Shown here: positions 17,866 to 28,161 of the stretch, piece by piece
How the letters are laid out: the number at the start of each line of letters is the position of its first letter
Position numbering within the stretch: position 1 is the stretch's first letter
DNA from: Candidatus Lustribacter sp.
GTDB taxonomy: Bacteria > Vulcanimicrobiota > Vulcanimicrobiia > Vulcanimicrobiales > Vulcanimicrobiaceae
Direction: 5' to 3'
Assembly (NCBI GenBank): GCA_965277805.1
Contig: OZ255842.1
Coordinates: 1,440,001 to 1,504,000 of the forward strand
Length of the DNA stretch: 64,000 nt
Notes under the pieces: model-generated
What the model saw: only the letters and a program-made list of their open reading frames with translations
Told to the model about the DNA's origin: nothing
Database searches by the model: none
Translations under genes and position numbers: made by a program

Positions 17866-20800
17866 TCAACTGCACCCCGATGTGGACCCACACGAGTCGC
17901 ACTTGAGGCACGTGCCGTTGCGGACGAGTGCGAACTGGCCGCACGTTCCGCAGGCGTCGCCGCTGTAACCCTTCGCTAGCGCTTCGCGCACGCGTTCGGC
18001 GATCGGTTGGGCCGTGCCGCGTTGCACCGGAGCGGGAGAAGAAGCCGCAGCGACGCCGGCCATGACCGGAGCGGGAACGGGTGCTTGCACGGGCGCCGGT
18101 TTGGGCAGCGCGGCAGCTGTGGACGGACGCGTCGGTTCGACCGTGCGGTAGGTGGTGCCGCCGTCTTCTTCTCCGGTGTATTCCGGGTCGGGGCCCATCG
18201 CGTCGATCTGTTGCGACGGCTGCACTTGCGCGAGATCGTAGCGGCCGAGATAGCTCACGGCGAGTTCGCGGAAGATGTAGTCGAGGATCGACGTCGCCAT
18301 CTTGATGTTCTCGTGACCTTGCACGGGACCGTTCGGCTCGAAGCGCGTGAACGTGAACGCGTCCACGTATTCTTCGAGCGGAACGCCGTGTTGTAGTCCG
18401 AGCGAGACCGCGATGGCGAAGTTGTTCATCAAGGAGCGGAACGCCGCGCCTTCTTTGTGCATGTCGACGAAGATCTCGCCGATCGTGCCGTCATCGTATT
18501 CACCGGTGCGCACGTAGACTTTGTGCCCGCCGACGACCGCTTTCTGCGTGTAGCCGCCGCGGCGATCCGGCATGCGCCGGCGCTTGGCGATGTAGCGGTA
18601 GACGATCTTCTCGGCGATCTGCACGGGGGTCGTGTAGGCCGCCGTCGGCATGTCGGCTTCCTCGTCGGGCGAGCCGATGTCGTACGATGCAGCCAACGGC
18701 TGCGAGAGCTTCGAACCGTCGCGATAGAGGGCGACGGCTTTGGTCATGCGCTCCCACGAGTAGCGGTAAGCTTCCTTGACGTCGCTGATCGTGGCATCTT
18801 GCGGCAGGTTGATCGTCTTGGAGATCGCGCCGCTGATGAACGGCTGGGCCGCTGCCAGCATGTCGATGTGCGCAAGCGGGCGGATGTAACGCGAACCGTG
18901 CTTGCCGCAGGGCGTCGCGCAATCGAAGATCGCGAGGTGCTCGTCCTTGAGGAATGGCGCGCCTTCGAGCGTCATCCGGCCGCAGATCACATCCGAGGCT
19001 TCGTCGATCTGCTGGCCCGTAAATCCGAGCACGTCGCGCAGGATCGAGATGTTCCAGTCGGCGAGCTGCTCCGGGGTCATGCCGAGTTTGGTCGTGCAGA
19101 ACTCATCGCCCAGCACGAAGTGGTTGAAGACGAAACCGATCTCGAAGGCGCCGAGCAGCTGCGTTTCGATCTTCGCGAGCGTCTCGTCGTCGAAGCCCTT
19201 TGCTTTGAGCGTCGCACGGTTGATGTGCGGCGCGCCCTCGAGTGTGTTGGTGCCCTTGGCGAACGTCTCGATCGCGGCGATTTGCTCGTTGCTGTAGCCG
19301 AGACGGCGGAGTGCCGGCTCAACCGATTGATTGACGATCTTGAAGTAGCCGCCGCCGGCGAGCTTCTTGAACTTCACAAGCGCGAAGTCGGGCTCGATGC
19401 CGGTGGTGTCGCAGTCCATCACGAGACCGATCGTGCCGGTCGGCGCGATGACGGTAACTTGTGCATTGCGGTAGCCCGCGACCTCGCCGATGGCGAGCGC
19501 GTTGTCCCACATGACACGTGCCAGGGCCCACGTCTCCTGCGTGAAGAGCGAGGGTGCATGCGTTACCGGAGTGATCGTAAGGCCTTCGTATTCGTTCTTC
19601 GGTACCGCGTAGGCGGCGCGACGATGATTGCGCAGCACGCGCTCCATTGCTTCACCGTTATGCGAGTACCGCGGGAACGAGCCAAGTTCGCGCGCCATTT
19701 CCGCCGACGTCTTGTACGCCGTAGCGGTCATGAGCGACGTGATGGCCGCGCACCAGCCGAAGCCTTCTTCGGAATCGTACGGCAAACCAATGCGCATCAG
19801 CATCGTGCCGAGGTTCGCATACCCGAGTCCGAGCGTGCGGTAGTCGTACGACCGCTGCGCGATTTCTTTCGACGGGAACTGTGCCATCGTGACGCTGATC
19901 TCGAGCGTCGTCGTCCACACGCGGCAAGCATCCGCGAAGCGTTTGGCTTCAAAATGTCCCGACGCATCGAGGAAATTTACCAGGTTGAGAGACGCCAAGT
20001 TGCAGGCAGTGTCATCGAGGAAGAGATACTCCGAACAATTGTGTACCACTACACCATTTGCGACAAAGTGCGCGGTGTCAGGTTCGGTAAGATCAAAGAC
20101 GTTCTCAATGCCGCGATATTGCAGAGCTGCGAAGCGATCGGTCATCTTGTCGGCATAGACTCCGACGCTTGCGTTTAGTGCAGCGAGCTTCTGAGCTTTC
20201 GCCGAGGCCGGATGGAAGCCGATCTCCTGTTCAAAACGAACGCGCGACGAGCGCGAGATTCGCAGTGAATGCATTTCCTGGACCGGATAAAGTTTTAACC
20301 CACCTTTTCCGTCAGGGCATATCGAGGCGGAGATCCCGCCACGACGATTCTCGTACAGTTTCGCTTTGATACCGAATCCAAGCAGCAATGTCTGTACTTG
20401 GAGCAGCAATTCAAGAGAAGACGAATCCAGCGCCACGTATTGCGTCTTGTCGCCGTAGTGCCCGACGCAGCCGTCGGCGGTGAAGAGGCCGCTTAGCATA
20501 GACGCAATCGCAGCCTTGTCTAGCGAAAATGCTTCTTGGCGAAGTGCCTTCTTGGAGCTGCCTTCGTTGAGAACTGCGAGACGATCGAACGTCTCAATGA
20601 TCGAGCGATTCGATAGCGCAATGCGTGAACCGCCTTTGCTGGGCGCAGTAACGGTCGTGGTGCGGGCACCGCGACCATCGATGGCCGTCCGTGACTTTTC
20701 TGCGTTAAGCGAATTCGCGACATCGTCGAGTATCGCAGACTCATCTGCGCTCATTGTTAGGATGAGGCCACGCTCTGGGCCGAATCCGGATGCATTATTT

Positions 20801-22545
20801 GTGATGCACCCGTCGCCAATGGCAACACCGACCGCGAAAGCGATGCCCTTTTCGAGGTGCTTTGACCCGAAGCCCGAGCCTTGCAGAACTATTTCGTCGT
20901 CCGCAGTAAGGTCGCGCGCTGCAACGTCGCCGCGGTTTGACGTGAAGACCTTATGGTCAGCCGTCACGTTCAGGCGATAGCCCGAGCGGGTGCGAAGCTC
21001 GTACGTTTCTTTTTTGCCAGTCGGAAAGATACGTGAGACGAAATGCGGCTTGCCATCGCCTCCGATAACAAAGGCCGACTTGCCGACGAGATCTTCTATG
21101 CGCTGCATGCCGTCGGCAGTGGCCACCAGCGTATCGCCCGTGACGCACGGGTTACTTGCGTTAATGCGACCATCGCTCGGGCATGTATGCCATTCGTTGA
21201 TCGTCGTATCGAATTGCAGGCCCGGATCGGCGACTTGCCATGCGGCGAGTGCGATTTGTTCCCAGAGATCTGCAGTCGGGATGGATTTCGCAACGCGTCC
21301 GTCGGTACGGCGCGTCGTATCCCAATTCTGACCCGCGTCAAGACGTGCGAAAAATTCGTTCGGGATGCGCACGGAGTTGTTCGAATTCTGACCCGACACC
21401 GTGCCGTACGCCTTGGAGTCCCAATTCGTATCGTAGGTCTCGATCATCAGCTCTTTGTAGCCCTGACGCGCAAAATCGAGCGCGTACTGAATGCTGCCCG
21501 GAGGCACACCCATGTTCATCGCCTGACGCATCGCGGTCTTCAGCGCTGGGTTGAGAGCGGGATCGAGGCGAGCGGCTTCTGGCACGGCTTCGTTGTGCGC
21601 CGCCTTCATGATCAGGTTGAGATACTTTTCGCTAACGATCGAACCGGTAACGAGGTCGGCGACTTTCTGCTCTTCCTTAACTTTCCAGCCAACGAATTCT
21701 TCGATGTCGGGATGATCGAGATCGAGCACGACCATCTTGGCTGCACGTCGCGTCGTTCCACCGGACTTGATCGCTCCGGCAGCACGATCGCCCACGCGCA
21801 AGAACGACATCAATCCGGAGCTCGTGCCGCCACCGGAGAGCTTCTCGCCCTCGCCGCGCAGCATCGAGAAATTGGAACCCGTGCCGCTGCCGTACTTGAA
21901 GATGCGCGCTTCACGAACCCACAGGTCCATAATGCCGCCTTCATTCACCAAATCATCGCTTACTGACTGGATAAAGCAAGCATGGGGAGCCGGGTGCTCG
22001 TATGCGCTCGTTGCGACGGTGAGTTCGCCGGTTTTGGGGTCGACAAAATGGTGGCCTTGCGCCGGGCCCGCAATCCCGTACGCCCAGTGCAGCCCCGTGT
22101 TGAACCACTGCGGTGAGTTGGGCGCGCCGATCTGGCGGGCCAGCATCGCGCACATCTCGTCGTAATACGCCCGCGCGTCGCCCTCGGTATCGAAGTAGCC
22201 GTACTTGTAGCCCCAATAGGTCCACGTGCCGGCGAGCCGGTGGAAGACCTGACGGGCATCCGTTTCGGGCCCGAAGGTCGCATCGTCGGCCGGCTCGGAG
22301 CGCCAGAGCCACTGCGGAATATCCGGTTCCTCGACGCCCTTGAGGGCGCTGGGCACGCCGGCTTTCCGGAAATACTTCTGAGCGATGATATCGGTCGCGA
22401 CCTGACTCCAGCCGGCCGGGATCTGGATATCCTTGGCTTCGAATATCATCGACCCGTTGGGGTTGACGATTCGCGAGGTACGCGGCTCAAACGTTACGCC
22501 GGCGTAGGGTTCACCGGGAGCCGAATAGGTACGGGAGAATTTCAT
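17866..22545 (-). CDS. nrdJ: Class II (adenosylcobalamin-dependent) ribonucleotide reductase with intein
   Basis: [49 protein letters not shown]-terminal TSCPD-like and Zn-ribbon Cys motifs. Confidence 0.95.
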   Translation of the reverse strand: MKFSRTYSAPGEPYAGVTFEPRTSRIVNPNGSMIFEAKDIQIPAGWSQVATDIIAQKYFRKAGVPSALKGVEEPDIPQWLWRSEPADDATFGPETDARQVFHRLAGTWTYWGYKYGYFDTEGDARAYYDEMCAMLARQIGAPNSPQWFNTGLHWAYGIAGPAQGHHFVDPKTGELTVATSAYEHPAPHACFIQSVSDDLVNEGGIMDLWVREARIFKYGSGTGSNFSMLRGEGEKLSGGGTSSGLMSFLRVGDRAAGAIKSGGTTRRAAKMVVLDLDHPDIEEFVGWKVKEEQKVADLVTGSIVSEKYLNLIMKAAHNEAVPEAARLDPALNPALKTAMRQAMNMGVPPGSIQYALDFARQGYKELMIETYDTNWDSKAYGTVSGQNSNNSVRIPNEFFARLDAGQNWDTTRRTDGRVAKSIPTADLWEQIALAAWQVADPGLQFDTTINEWHTCPSDGRINASNPCVTGDTLVATADGMQRIEDLVGKSAFVIGGDGKPHFVSRIFPTGKKETYELRTRSGYRLNVTADHKVFTSNRGDVAARDLTADDEIVLQGSGFGSKHLEKGIAFAVGVAIGDGCITNNASGFGPERGLILTMSADESAILDDVANSLNAEKSRTAIDGRGARTTTVTAPSKGGSRIALSNRSIIETFDRLAVLNEGSSKKALRQEAFSLDKAAIASMLSGLFTADGCVGHYGDKTQYVALDSSSLELLLQVQTLLLGFGIKAKLYENRRGGISASICPDGKGGLKLYPVQEMHSLRISRSSRVRFEQEIGFHPASAKAQKLAALNASVGVYADKMTDRFAALQYRGIENVFDLTEPDTAHFVANGVVVHNCSEYLFLDDTACNLASLNLVNFLDASGHFEAKRFADACRVWTTTLEISVTMAQFPSKEIAQRSYDYRTLGLGYANLGTMLMRIGLPYDSEEGFGWCAAITSLMTATAYKTSAEMARELGSFPRYSHNGEAMERVLRNHRRAAYAVPKNEYEGLTITPVTHAPSLFTQETWALARVMWDNALAIGEVAGYRNAQVTVIAPTGTIGLVMDCDTTGIEPDFALVKFKKLAGGGYFKIVNQSVEPALRRLGYSNEQIAAIETFAKGTNTLEGAPHINRATLKAKGFDDETLAKIETQLLGAFEIGFVFNHFVLGDEFCTTKLGMTPEQLADWNISILRDVLGFTGQQIDEASDVICGRMTLEGAPFLKDEHLAIFDCATPCGKHGSRYIRPLAHIDMLAAAQPFISGAISKTINLPQDATISDVKEAYRYSWERMTKAVALYRDGSKLSQPLAASYDIGSPDEEADMPTAAYTTPVQIAEKIVYRYIAKRRRMPDRRGGYTQKAVVGGHKVYVRTGEYDDGTIGEIFVDMHKEGAAFRSLMNNFAIAVSLGLQHGVPLEEYVDAFTFTRFEPNGPVQGHENIKMATSILDYIFRELAVSYLGRYDLAQVQPSQQIDAMGPDPEYTGEEDGGTTYRTVEPTRPSTAAALPKPAPVQAPVPAPVMAGVAAASSPAPVQRGTAQPIAERVREALAKGYSGDACGTCGQFALVRNGTCLKCDSCGSTSGCS
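20038..21147 (-). mobile_element. Intein (370 aa) with LAGLIDADG homing endonuclease
   Basis: N-terminus CVTGDT, block B TADH, LAGLIDADG-like AVGVAIGDG and [10 protein letters not shown]-terminus VVHN followed by +1 Cys. Lower GC. Confidence 0.95.
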
Positions 22546-22597
22546 GCGGGGCGGTCCTCGTCGAGCGTCATGCAGGTGGCAAAAAACAGGGAAGACC

Positions 22598-22627
22598 AGT
22601 ATCGAACAAGTGTTCGATTCAAGTCAA
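22598..22627 (-). promoter_or_regulatory. Putative sigma70 promoter of nrdJ (TTGACT-N18-GATACT)
   Basis: Read on the minus strand; overlapped by the SOS box. Confidence 0.45.
22602..22617. promoter_or_regulatory. LexA (Gram-positive type) SOS box TCGAAC-AAGT-GTTCGA
   Basis: Perfect match to CGAAC-N4-GTTCG, 57 nt upstream of nrdJ. Confidence 0.8.
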
Positions 22628-22654
22628 GACCTAAGTCTTACGAAAACCAGGCGG

Positions 22655-22703
22655 GCACAACATATTGTGTATGGCCGGGCAGACCACCTACTAGATATAC
22701 AAC
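22655..22703. promoter_or_regulatory. Tandem NrdR boxes (GCACAACATATTGTGT 22655-22670; degenerate CTACTAGATATACAAC 22688-22703)
   Basis: Match to acaCwAtATaTwGtgt upstream of an RNR gene. Confidence 0.8.
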
Positions 22704-22818
22704 CCGGTTCCTTGTGGACCGGTGGCGCACAACTGCACTTTCTTGTTCATGAAACGGCCTGTGCAGCGAATGCCAAGGCGGGCGGAGTGGGCGGGGTGTG
22801 GACGGAACCGGGGATAGC

Positions 22819-23340
22819 GTGGATATGCTGCGCCCGGACGGCCATGTGGCGGCCCTCGGCGACATCGCGATCGAGCGCCTCTGGGAGCGCGGCTGGCGCG
22901 GGATCGTGCTCGATCTAGACAACACGTGCTGTGCATACCATCAACCCGAACTAGCCGACGGAGTGGGCGCCTGGGTTGCCGCCGCGCTCGAGCGCGGCTT
23001 CCGGATCGTCATGGTCTCCAACAACTTCAGCGAACGCGTCGGCGCCGCGGGCCTCAAGCTCGGAGTCGCGACGGTCCCCAACGCCCTCAAGCCGCTGCCG
23101 TTCGGCTTCTTGCGCGCGCTGCGGCTGCTGGGGACGCGCCGCCGGGAAACCGTGGTGATCGGCGATCAGGTGTTCACCGACGTGCTCGGCGCAAAGCTGC
23201 TCGGGCTGCACACCGTGCTGACGGAGCCGATCGTACCGCACGACTTCCCGCTCACGCGCGGTCTGCGGTTTCTCGAACGGCTCGTCTACAAGCGGACGCC
23301 GCCGGTTGCCGGGCGCGCCATCTTCGAGTCGGAGGACTGA
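22819..23340 (+). CDS. yqeG: YqeG family HAD IIIA phosphatase
   Basis: VLDLDNT, VSNN, KPLPFGF, IGDQVFTDVLG. Start at GTG 22819 or ATG 22825. Confidence 0.88.
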   Translation: MDMLRPDGHVAALGDIAIERLWERGWRGIVLDLDNTCCAYHQPELADGVGAWVAAALERGFRIVMVSNNFSERVGAAGLKLGVATVPNALKPLPFGFLRALRLLGTRRRETVVIGDQVFTDVLGAKLLGLHTVLTEPIVPHDFPLTRGLRFLERLVYKRTPPVAGRAIFESED

Positions 23341-23342
23341 AC

Positions 23343-23636
23343 GTGGCCGACATTCCGAAGCTCTACGTGTGTCATGCCGATGACGCCGGTCCGAAGCTGC
23401 ACCCGTGCCGGCGCGCGCATGAAGCACTGCGCGATGCAAATGTCGAATACACCACCGTCATCGGCGGCCACGGCAGCCCGTTCCCGTGTTGGCGCGGGAA
23501 CCGGGACGAGATGTTCGGCGAACTCGGGACGCGGGAACTGCCGACGTTGAAGCTTCCCGACGGCACGCTGCTGATCAACCCGAGCGCGATCATCAAGTGG
23601 GCCCGTCAGCAGAAAGCGGCGAAGATCAGCGCGTGA
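23343..23636 (+). CDS. Glutaredoxin/GST N-terminal-like thioredoxin-fold protein
   Basis: LYVC...HPCRRAHEAL..ANVEY, ELPTLKLPDG, SAIIKW. Confidence 0.7.
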   Translation: MADIPKLYVCHADDAGPKLHPCRRAHEALRDANVEYTTVIGGHGSPFPCWRGNRDEMFGELGTRELPTLKLPDGTLLINPSAIIKWARQQKAAKISA

Positions 23637-25087
23637 AGACGTACGAGCCGCCGCAACCGGCGGCGCACGACAGCGGCACGCCGGCCGAATTGCTGACGTT
23701 CATGACCCAGTTGTGGGAAGTGCCCAGCGGGCCGATTCCCACGCTGGCCGGCCGCGAACGTTTCGCCGCTCGCCGCCGCGCGATCGCGCAGCAGTTTCCG
23801 AACGATGTGCTGGTCATACCGACGGGCCACGAAAAAGTCCGCGCCAACGACACGAACTACCGCTTCCGGCCGGGCACCGACTTCTATTATCTGACCGGCA
23901 TTCACGAACCGGACGCCGTGCTCGTGCTCCTGACCGACGGCGATGAAGCGCGCGCGGTCGTCTTCACCGAACCGAATCCCGGCAAGACGAACGCGACGTT
24001 TTTCACCGATCGCGTCAAGGGTGAGCTGTGGGTCGGACCGCGGCTCGGCGTCGCGGCGACGGCCGCGCGCTTCGGCGTGGAAGCGCAGCCGATCGACGAC
24101 CTCGCGACGTTCGTCAACGTCTCGTTCGGCGCGCGGCCGACGCGGCTCGTGCGCGGGCTCGACGACGACATCGCGCGCTCGATCTACTCCAATCTCGACG
24201 ACGACAACGCATTCTCCGCAGCGCTCTCGGAAATGCGGCTGATCAAGGACGATCTCGAAGTCGCCGAATTGCGCGCCGCGATCGCCGCGACCAAACGCGG
24301 CTTCGATGACGTGGTGCGCGCCTTGCCCAACGCGCTCACCGAACGGGTCGTGGAAGGCGTGTTCAACCTGCGCGCGCGCGTCGAAGGCAACGACGTCGGT
24401 TACTCCACGATCGCGGCCTCCGGTCCGGACGCCTGCATCCTGCACTGGGTGCGCAACGACCGCCGCATCGGCGCGGGCGATCTGCTGCTGCTCGATGCGG
24501 GCGTCGAGGCGGTCTCGCTCTACACGGCGGACGTCACCCGCACGCTGCCGGTCAGCGGATCCTTCAGCACCGAGCAGCGCGAGATCTACACGCTAGTCTG
24601 GGAAGCCCAGCGCGCCGCGTTCGAGGCGTGCAAGCCGGGCAATGATTTCCTCGAGCCCAACGCCGCGGCGATGCGCGTGCTGGCACAGGGGCTCGAGCGG
24701 CTCGGCATCCTGCCCTCAGCAGAAGAAGCGCTGCGCGACGACAAGCTCTTCTATAAACGTTACTCGCTGCACAACGTGAGCCACATGCTCGGGCTCGACG
24801 TCCACGATTGCGCGAAGGCGCGCGCCGAGACATACAAGTTCGGCCGGCTCGAGCCGGGGATGGTGCTCACGGTTGAACCCGGGCTCTACTTCCAGCTCGA
24901 CGACCTGACCGTGCCCGAGCGCTACCGCGGGATCGGCGTGCGGATCGAGGACGACGTCGTGATCACCGCCGACGGCTACGAGAACCTCTCGGCCGCCGTG
25001 CCGAGCGAGCCCGACGCCGTCGAGGCCTGGGTCCGGTCGCTGGCCGGGACCACACCCGAGCCCTGGGTCATCCCGGAGCCCGCATGA
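23633..25087 (+). CDS. pepP: Xaa-Pro aminopeptidase (aminopeptidase P)
   Basis: DFYYLTG, LLDAG..YTADVTRT, H.LGLDVHD, TVEPGLY, GVRIEDD. Confidence 0.92.
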   Translation: MKTYEPPQPAAHDSGTPAELLTFMTQLWEVPSGPIPTLAGRERFAARRRAIAQQFPNDVLVIPTGHEKVRANDTNYRFRPGTDFYYLTGIHEPDAVLVLLTDGDEARAVVFTEPNPGKTNATFFTDRVKGELWVGPRLGVAATAARFGVEAQPIDDLATFVNVSFGARPTRLVRGLDDDIARSIYSNLDDDNAFSAALSEMRLIKDDLEVAELRAAIAATKRGFDDVVRALPNALTERVVEGVFNLRARVEGNDVGYSTIAASGPDACILHWVRNDRRIGAGDLLLLDAGVEAVSLYTADVTRTLPVSGSFSTEQREIYTLVWEAQRAAFEACKPGNDFLEPNAAAMRVLAQGLERLGILPSAEEALRDDKLFYKRYSLHNVSHMLGLDVHDCAKARAETYKFGRLEPGMVLTVEPGLYFQLDDLTVPERYRGIGVRIEDDVVITADGYENLSAAVPSEPDAVEAWVRSLAGTTPEPWVIPEPA

Positions 25088-25089
25088 AC

Positions 25090-25114
25090 GCCGCGGAAGA
25101 AAAATTCCGGCGGC
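25090..25114 (+). terminator. GC-rich hairpin after pepP, possible terminator
   Basis: GCCGCGGAA-GAAAAA-TTCCGGCGGC with one bulge; no U-tract. Confidence 0.3.
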
Positions 25115-25176
25115 TGCAAACCTTGGGCACCGGCCTTGGTTAGGTATCGCGTGAAGTTAGATTCTTTGGTGCAATC

Positions 25177-25503
25177 ATAGCGCGCCCGGCGAGACGGCCG
25201 GCCAAGCGCCGCAAACCTGCCGCGCAGCGGGTCGAACGGGTAGACGAGTCGGCGAAGCAGCCGATGATCGAGATGTTCGGCACGATCAAGCAGGTCTATC
25301 CGAGCACGACGTTCGGCGTTGAGCTCGAGAACGGCCATGAAGTGCTGGCACACATCGCCGGCCGCCTGCGCCGCCATCACATCAAACTGCTCTTGGGCGA
25401 CCGGGTCGAACTCGAGATCTCGCCGTACGACCTGACGAAGGGCCGCATCATCTACCGTTATCGTGCGGGTGAAGCGCGCCGTTCGAGCGCCGCCCCAGCA
25501 TAA
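25177..25503 (+). CDS. infA: Translation initiation factor IF-1 (divergent; start uncertain: ATA 25177 or ATG 25264)
   Basis: IEMFG..VELENGHEVLAHIAG...GDRV..EISPYDLTKGRIIYR. Confidence 0.88.
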   Translation: MARPARRPAKRRKPAAQRVERVDESAKQPMIEMFGTIKQVYPSTTFGVELENGHEVLAHIAGRLRRHHIKLLLGDRVELEISPYDLTKGRIIYRYRAGEARRSSAAPA

Positions 25504-25512
25504 CGCTCCACC

Positions 25513-28155
25513 ATTCAGGAACTCGCCAAGTCCTACGATCCGGCCGACGTCGAGCCGCGCTTAATCGCGCGCGACCTCGCTAGCGGGGTCTTTCACGCCG
25601 AGGTCGACCGTTCGCGGCCGCCCTTCATCATCTCGATGCCGCCGCCGAACATCACCGGCGCCGCGCACCTCGGGCATGGTTCCACCTACACGCCGATGGA
25701 CGTGCTCACGCGCTACCATCGGATGCGCGGTGATAACGCCGACTGGCTGCCGGGTCAAGATCACGCCGCGATCGCAACCGAAGCCGTGCTCGTGCGTGAG
25801 CTGGCGAAAGAAGGCCTCTCGCGTGACGGTCTCGGCCGTGACGCGTTTCTTGCGCGCGCGTGGAAGTGGCGCGAGCAGTACGGGCATCGCATCAACGAGC
25901 AGTTCAAACGCCTCGGCTTCGGCGCCGATTGGCAGCGCGAACGCTTCACGATGGACCCCGAACTCTCGGCGGCCGTCACGCGCGTGTTCATCGATCTCTA
26001 TAACGATGGGCTGATCTATCGCGGCACGCGGCTGGTCAATTGGGATCCGAAGGCGCAGTCGACGCTCTCGGATGCGGAAGTCGAGAACGAAGCGCACAGC
26101 GGTTCGCTCTGGCATCTGCGCTACCGCGCGGAAGACGGCGGCGAGGGCGTCGTCATCGCAACGACGCGGCCCGAAACGTTTCTCGCCGACGTGGCGGTCG
26201 CGGTGCATCCGGAAGACGAACGCTACAAAGCGCTGATCGGCAAGAACGTCATCCTGCCGCTGGTGAACCGCCCCGTGCCGGTGATCGCCGATGCGGCGGT
26301 GCTGCGCGAATTTGGCACGGGCGCCGTGAAAGTGACGCCCGCGCACGACGCGACCGACTACGAGATCGGCCAACGCCACAACTTGCCGATGCCGACCGTG
26401 ATCGACTACGACGGCCGCATGATCGCGCCGGTTTGGCGCGTCGAACCCGACGCCGCGGTGCGCGCGCAGTTCAACGTCGGGCATGAGGCGCTGGCGAAGT
26501 ACGTGGGTATGGACCGCTTCGCGGCGCGCAAGGTGCTCGTCGCCGACTTGGAAGCGGCCGGCGCGCTCGAACGCGTCGAACCGTACGAGACGACGGTTCC
26601 CGTGTCGTCGCGTTCGGGTGAAATCATCGAGCCGCTGCTCTCGCTGCAGTGGTTCATGGCGATGGAATCGCTGGCCAAACCGGCGCTCGACGCCTATCGC
26701 AACGGCGAAGTCCGGTTCGTCCCCGAGCGCTTCGGCCGCACCTACGAGCACGGGCTCGAGAACCTGCGCGACTGGAACATCTCGCGGCAAGTGTGGTGGG
26801 GCCATCAGCTGCCGGTCTGGTACACACCCGACGGCGATGCGATCGTCGCGCACGATGCCGAAGAAGCGCGCGAGATCGGCCGCGAGAAATACGGCACGAT
26901 CGAATTGCGGCGGGACCCGGATACGCTCGATACGTGGTTCTCGAGCGGGTTGTGGCCGTTCACGATCCTGGGCTGGCCGGCCCAGACGCCCGAGCTCGAA
27001 GCCTGGTATCCCAATCAGGTCATGATCACCGGGCGCGAGATCATCTTTCTGTGGGTCACGCGCATGATGATGCTCGGCCTGCGCTGCGTCGGCCGCCTGC
27101 CGTTCCGCACGGTGTTCATCACGCCGCTCGTGTTCGATCTGCAGGGCCGTAAGATGAGCAAGAGCCTCGGCAACGCCATCGATCCGCTCGAACTGGTCGA
27201 GAAGTACGGCGCCGACGGCTTCCGCTTCGGAATGCTGCGCCAAATGCGGCTCGAGTCGCAAGAACTGCGCTTCGATGAAGAAAAGTGCGACGAGGCGCGG
27301 CGCTTCAACAACAAGCTGTGGAACGCGCTGCGCTTCATCGCCTCGCTCGACGAAGGCTTGCCCGGGAAGATCGAGTTGCCCGAACCGGATCAGCTCACGC
27401 TGGCCGACGCCTGGATTCTCGCCAAGCTGCGCCATACGGTCACCGCCGTCACGCAAGCCCTCGACAACTTCGAGATGGGCGTGGCGGCCGACGTGCTCGT
27501 GCAGTTCGGCTGGTATACGTTCTGCGATTGGTATCTCGAGTCGGCCAAGGCCGATTCGCAGCGCCTCACGCGGGCGCGCGTGCTCACCTACGTGCTCGAC
27601 ACGTTCGTGCGGCTGATGCACCCGATCGCGCCGTTCGTGACCGAAGAGATCGGCTCGGTGCTGCGGCCGTCCGGTCCGTCCGTCGTCGTGTCGGCGTGGC
27701 CCGACCCGGACATGATTCCGCACGACGGAACGGCCGAAGCGGACTACGACCATTTCATGACCGCGGTCGAGCGTTTGCGGAACGCGCGCTCGGAACTCGG
27801 CATCGCACCGAAGGCGAAAGTCATCGCCACCGGCCCCGAGCTCGACGTTGCCGTGGTCGAACAGCTGCGGCTCTTGGCCGGCGTGGATTTCCGCGCCGAC
27901 AATACGATCCCGGGTGAGACCTTCGCGCAGCGGCTCGATGCGCTGCGCATTCAGGCTGATCCGGCAATGCTGCGCGAGCGCTACGAGCGCGAGATCGCCA
28001 AGCTCGACGTCGAGGTCGACCGCTTAGAGAAGAAGCTGGCGAACGAAAAATTCGTCGCGAATGCTAAGCCTGAGGTCGTGGCGGCCGAGCGCGCGAAGCT
28101 CGAAGATTATCTGCGTCAGCGTGACGGCGCGCGTTCGGCGCTCGCCGCCTTGTAG
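25513..28155 (+). CDS. valS: Valine--tRNA ligase (probable ATT start)
   Basis: ELAKSYDP, PPPNITG..HLGH, TTRPET, DWNISRQ..WGH, DTWFSS, KMSKS, C-terminal coiled coil. Confidence 0.97.
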   Translation: MQELAKSYDPADVEPRLIARDLASGVFHAEVDRSRPPFIISMPPPNITGAAHLGHGSTYTPMDVLTRYHRMRGDNADWLPGQDHAAIATEAVLVRELAKEGLSRDGLGRDAFLARAWKWREQYGHRINEQFKRLGFGADWQRERFTMDPELSAAVTRVFIDLYNDGLIYRGTRLVNWDPKAQSTLSDAEVENEAHSGSLWHLRYRAEDGGEGVVIATTRPETFLADVAVAVHPEDERYKALIGKNVILPLVNRPVPVIADAAVLREFGTGAVKVTPAHDATDYEIGQRHNLPMPTVIDYDGRMIAPVWRVEPDAAVRAQFNVGHEALAKYVGMDRFAARKVLVADLEAAGALERVEPYETTVPVSSRSGEIIEPLLSLQWFMAMESLAKPALDAYRNGEVRFVPERFGRTYEHGLENLRDWNISRQVWWGHQLPVWYTPDGDAIVAHDAEEAREIGREKYGTIELRRDPDTLDTWFSSGLWPFTILGWPAQTPELEAWYPNQVMITGREIIFLWVTRMMMLGLRCVGRLPFRTVFITPLVFDLQGRKMSKSLGNAIDPLELVEKYGADGFRFGMLRQMRLESQELRFDEEKCDEARRFNNKLWNALRFIASLDEGLPGKIELPEPDQLTLADAWILAKLRHTVTAVTQALDNFEMGVAADVLVQFGWYTFCDWYLESAKADSQRLTRARVLTYVLDTFVRLMHPIAPFVTEEIGSVLRPSGPSVVVSAWPDPDMIPHDGTAEADYDHFMTAVERLRNARSELGIAPKAKVIATGPELDVAVVEQLRLLAGVDFRADNTIPGETFAQRLDALRIQADPAMLRERYEREIAKLDVEVDRLEKKLANEKFVANAKPEVVAAERAKLEDYLRQRDGARSALAAL

Positions 28156-28161
28156 CGCGTC

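Noticed and set aside
10700-17866. Integrative element boundaries for the low-GC island
   Set aside because: No integrase, transposase, tRNA or flanking direct repeats seen
22546-22800. Cobalamin riboswitch upstream of nrdJ
   Set aside because: No B12-box core recognised; the region is explained by LexA/NrdR boxes
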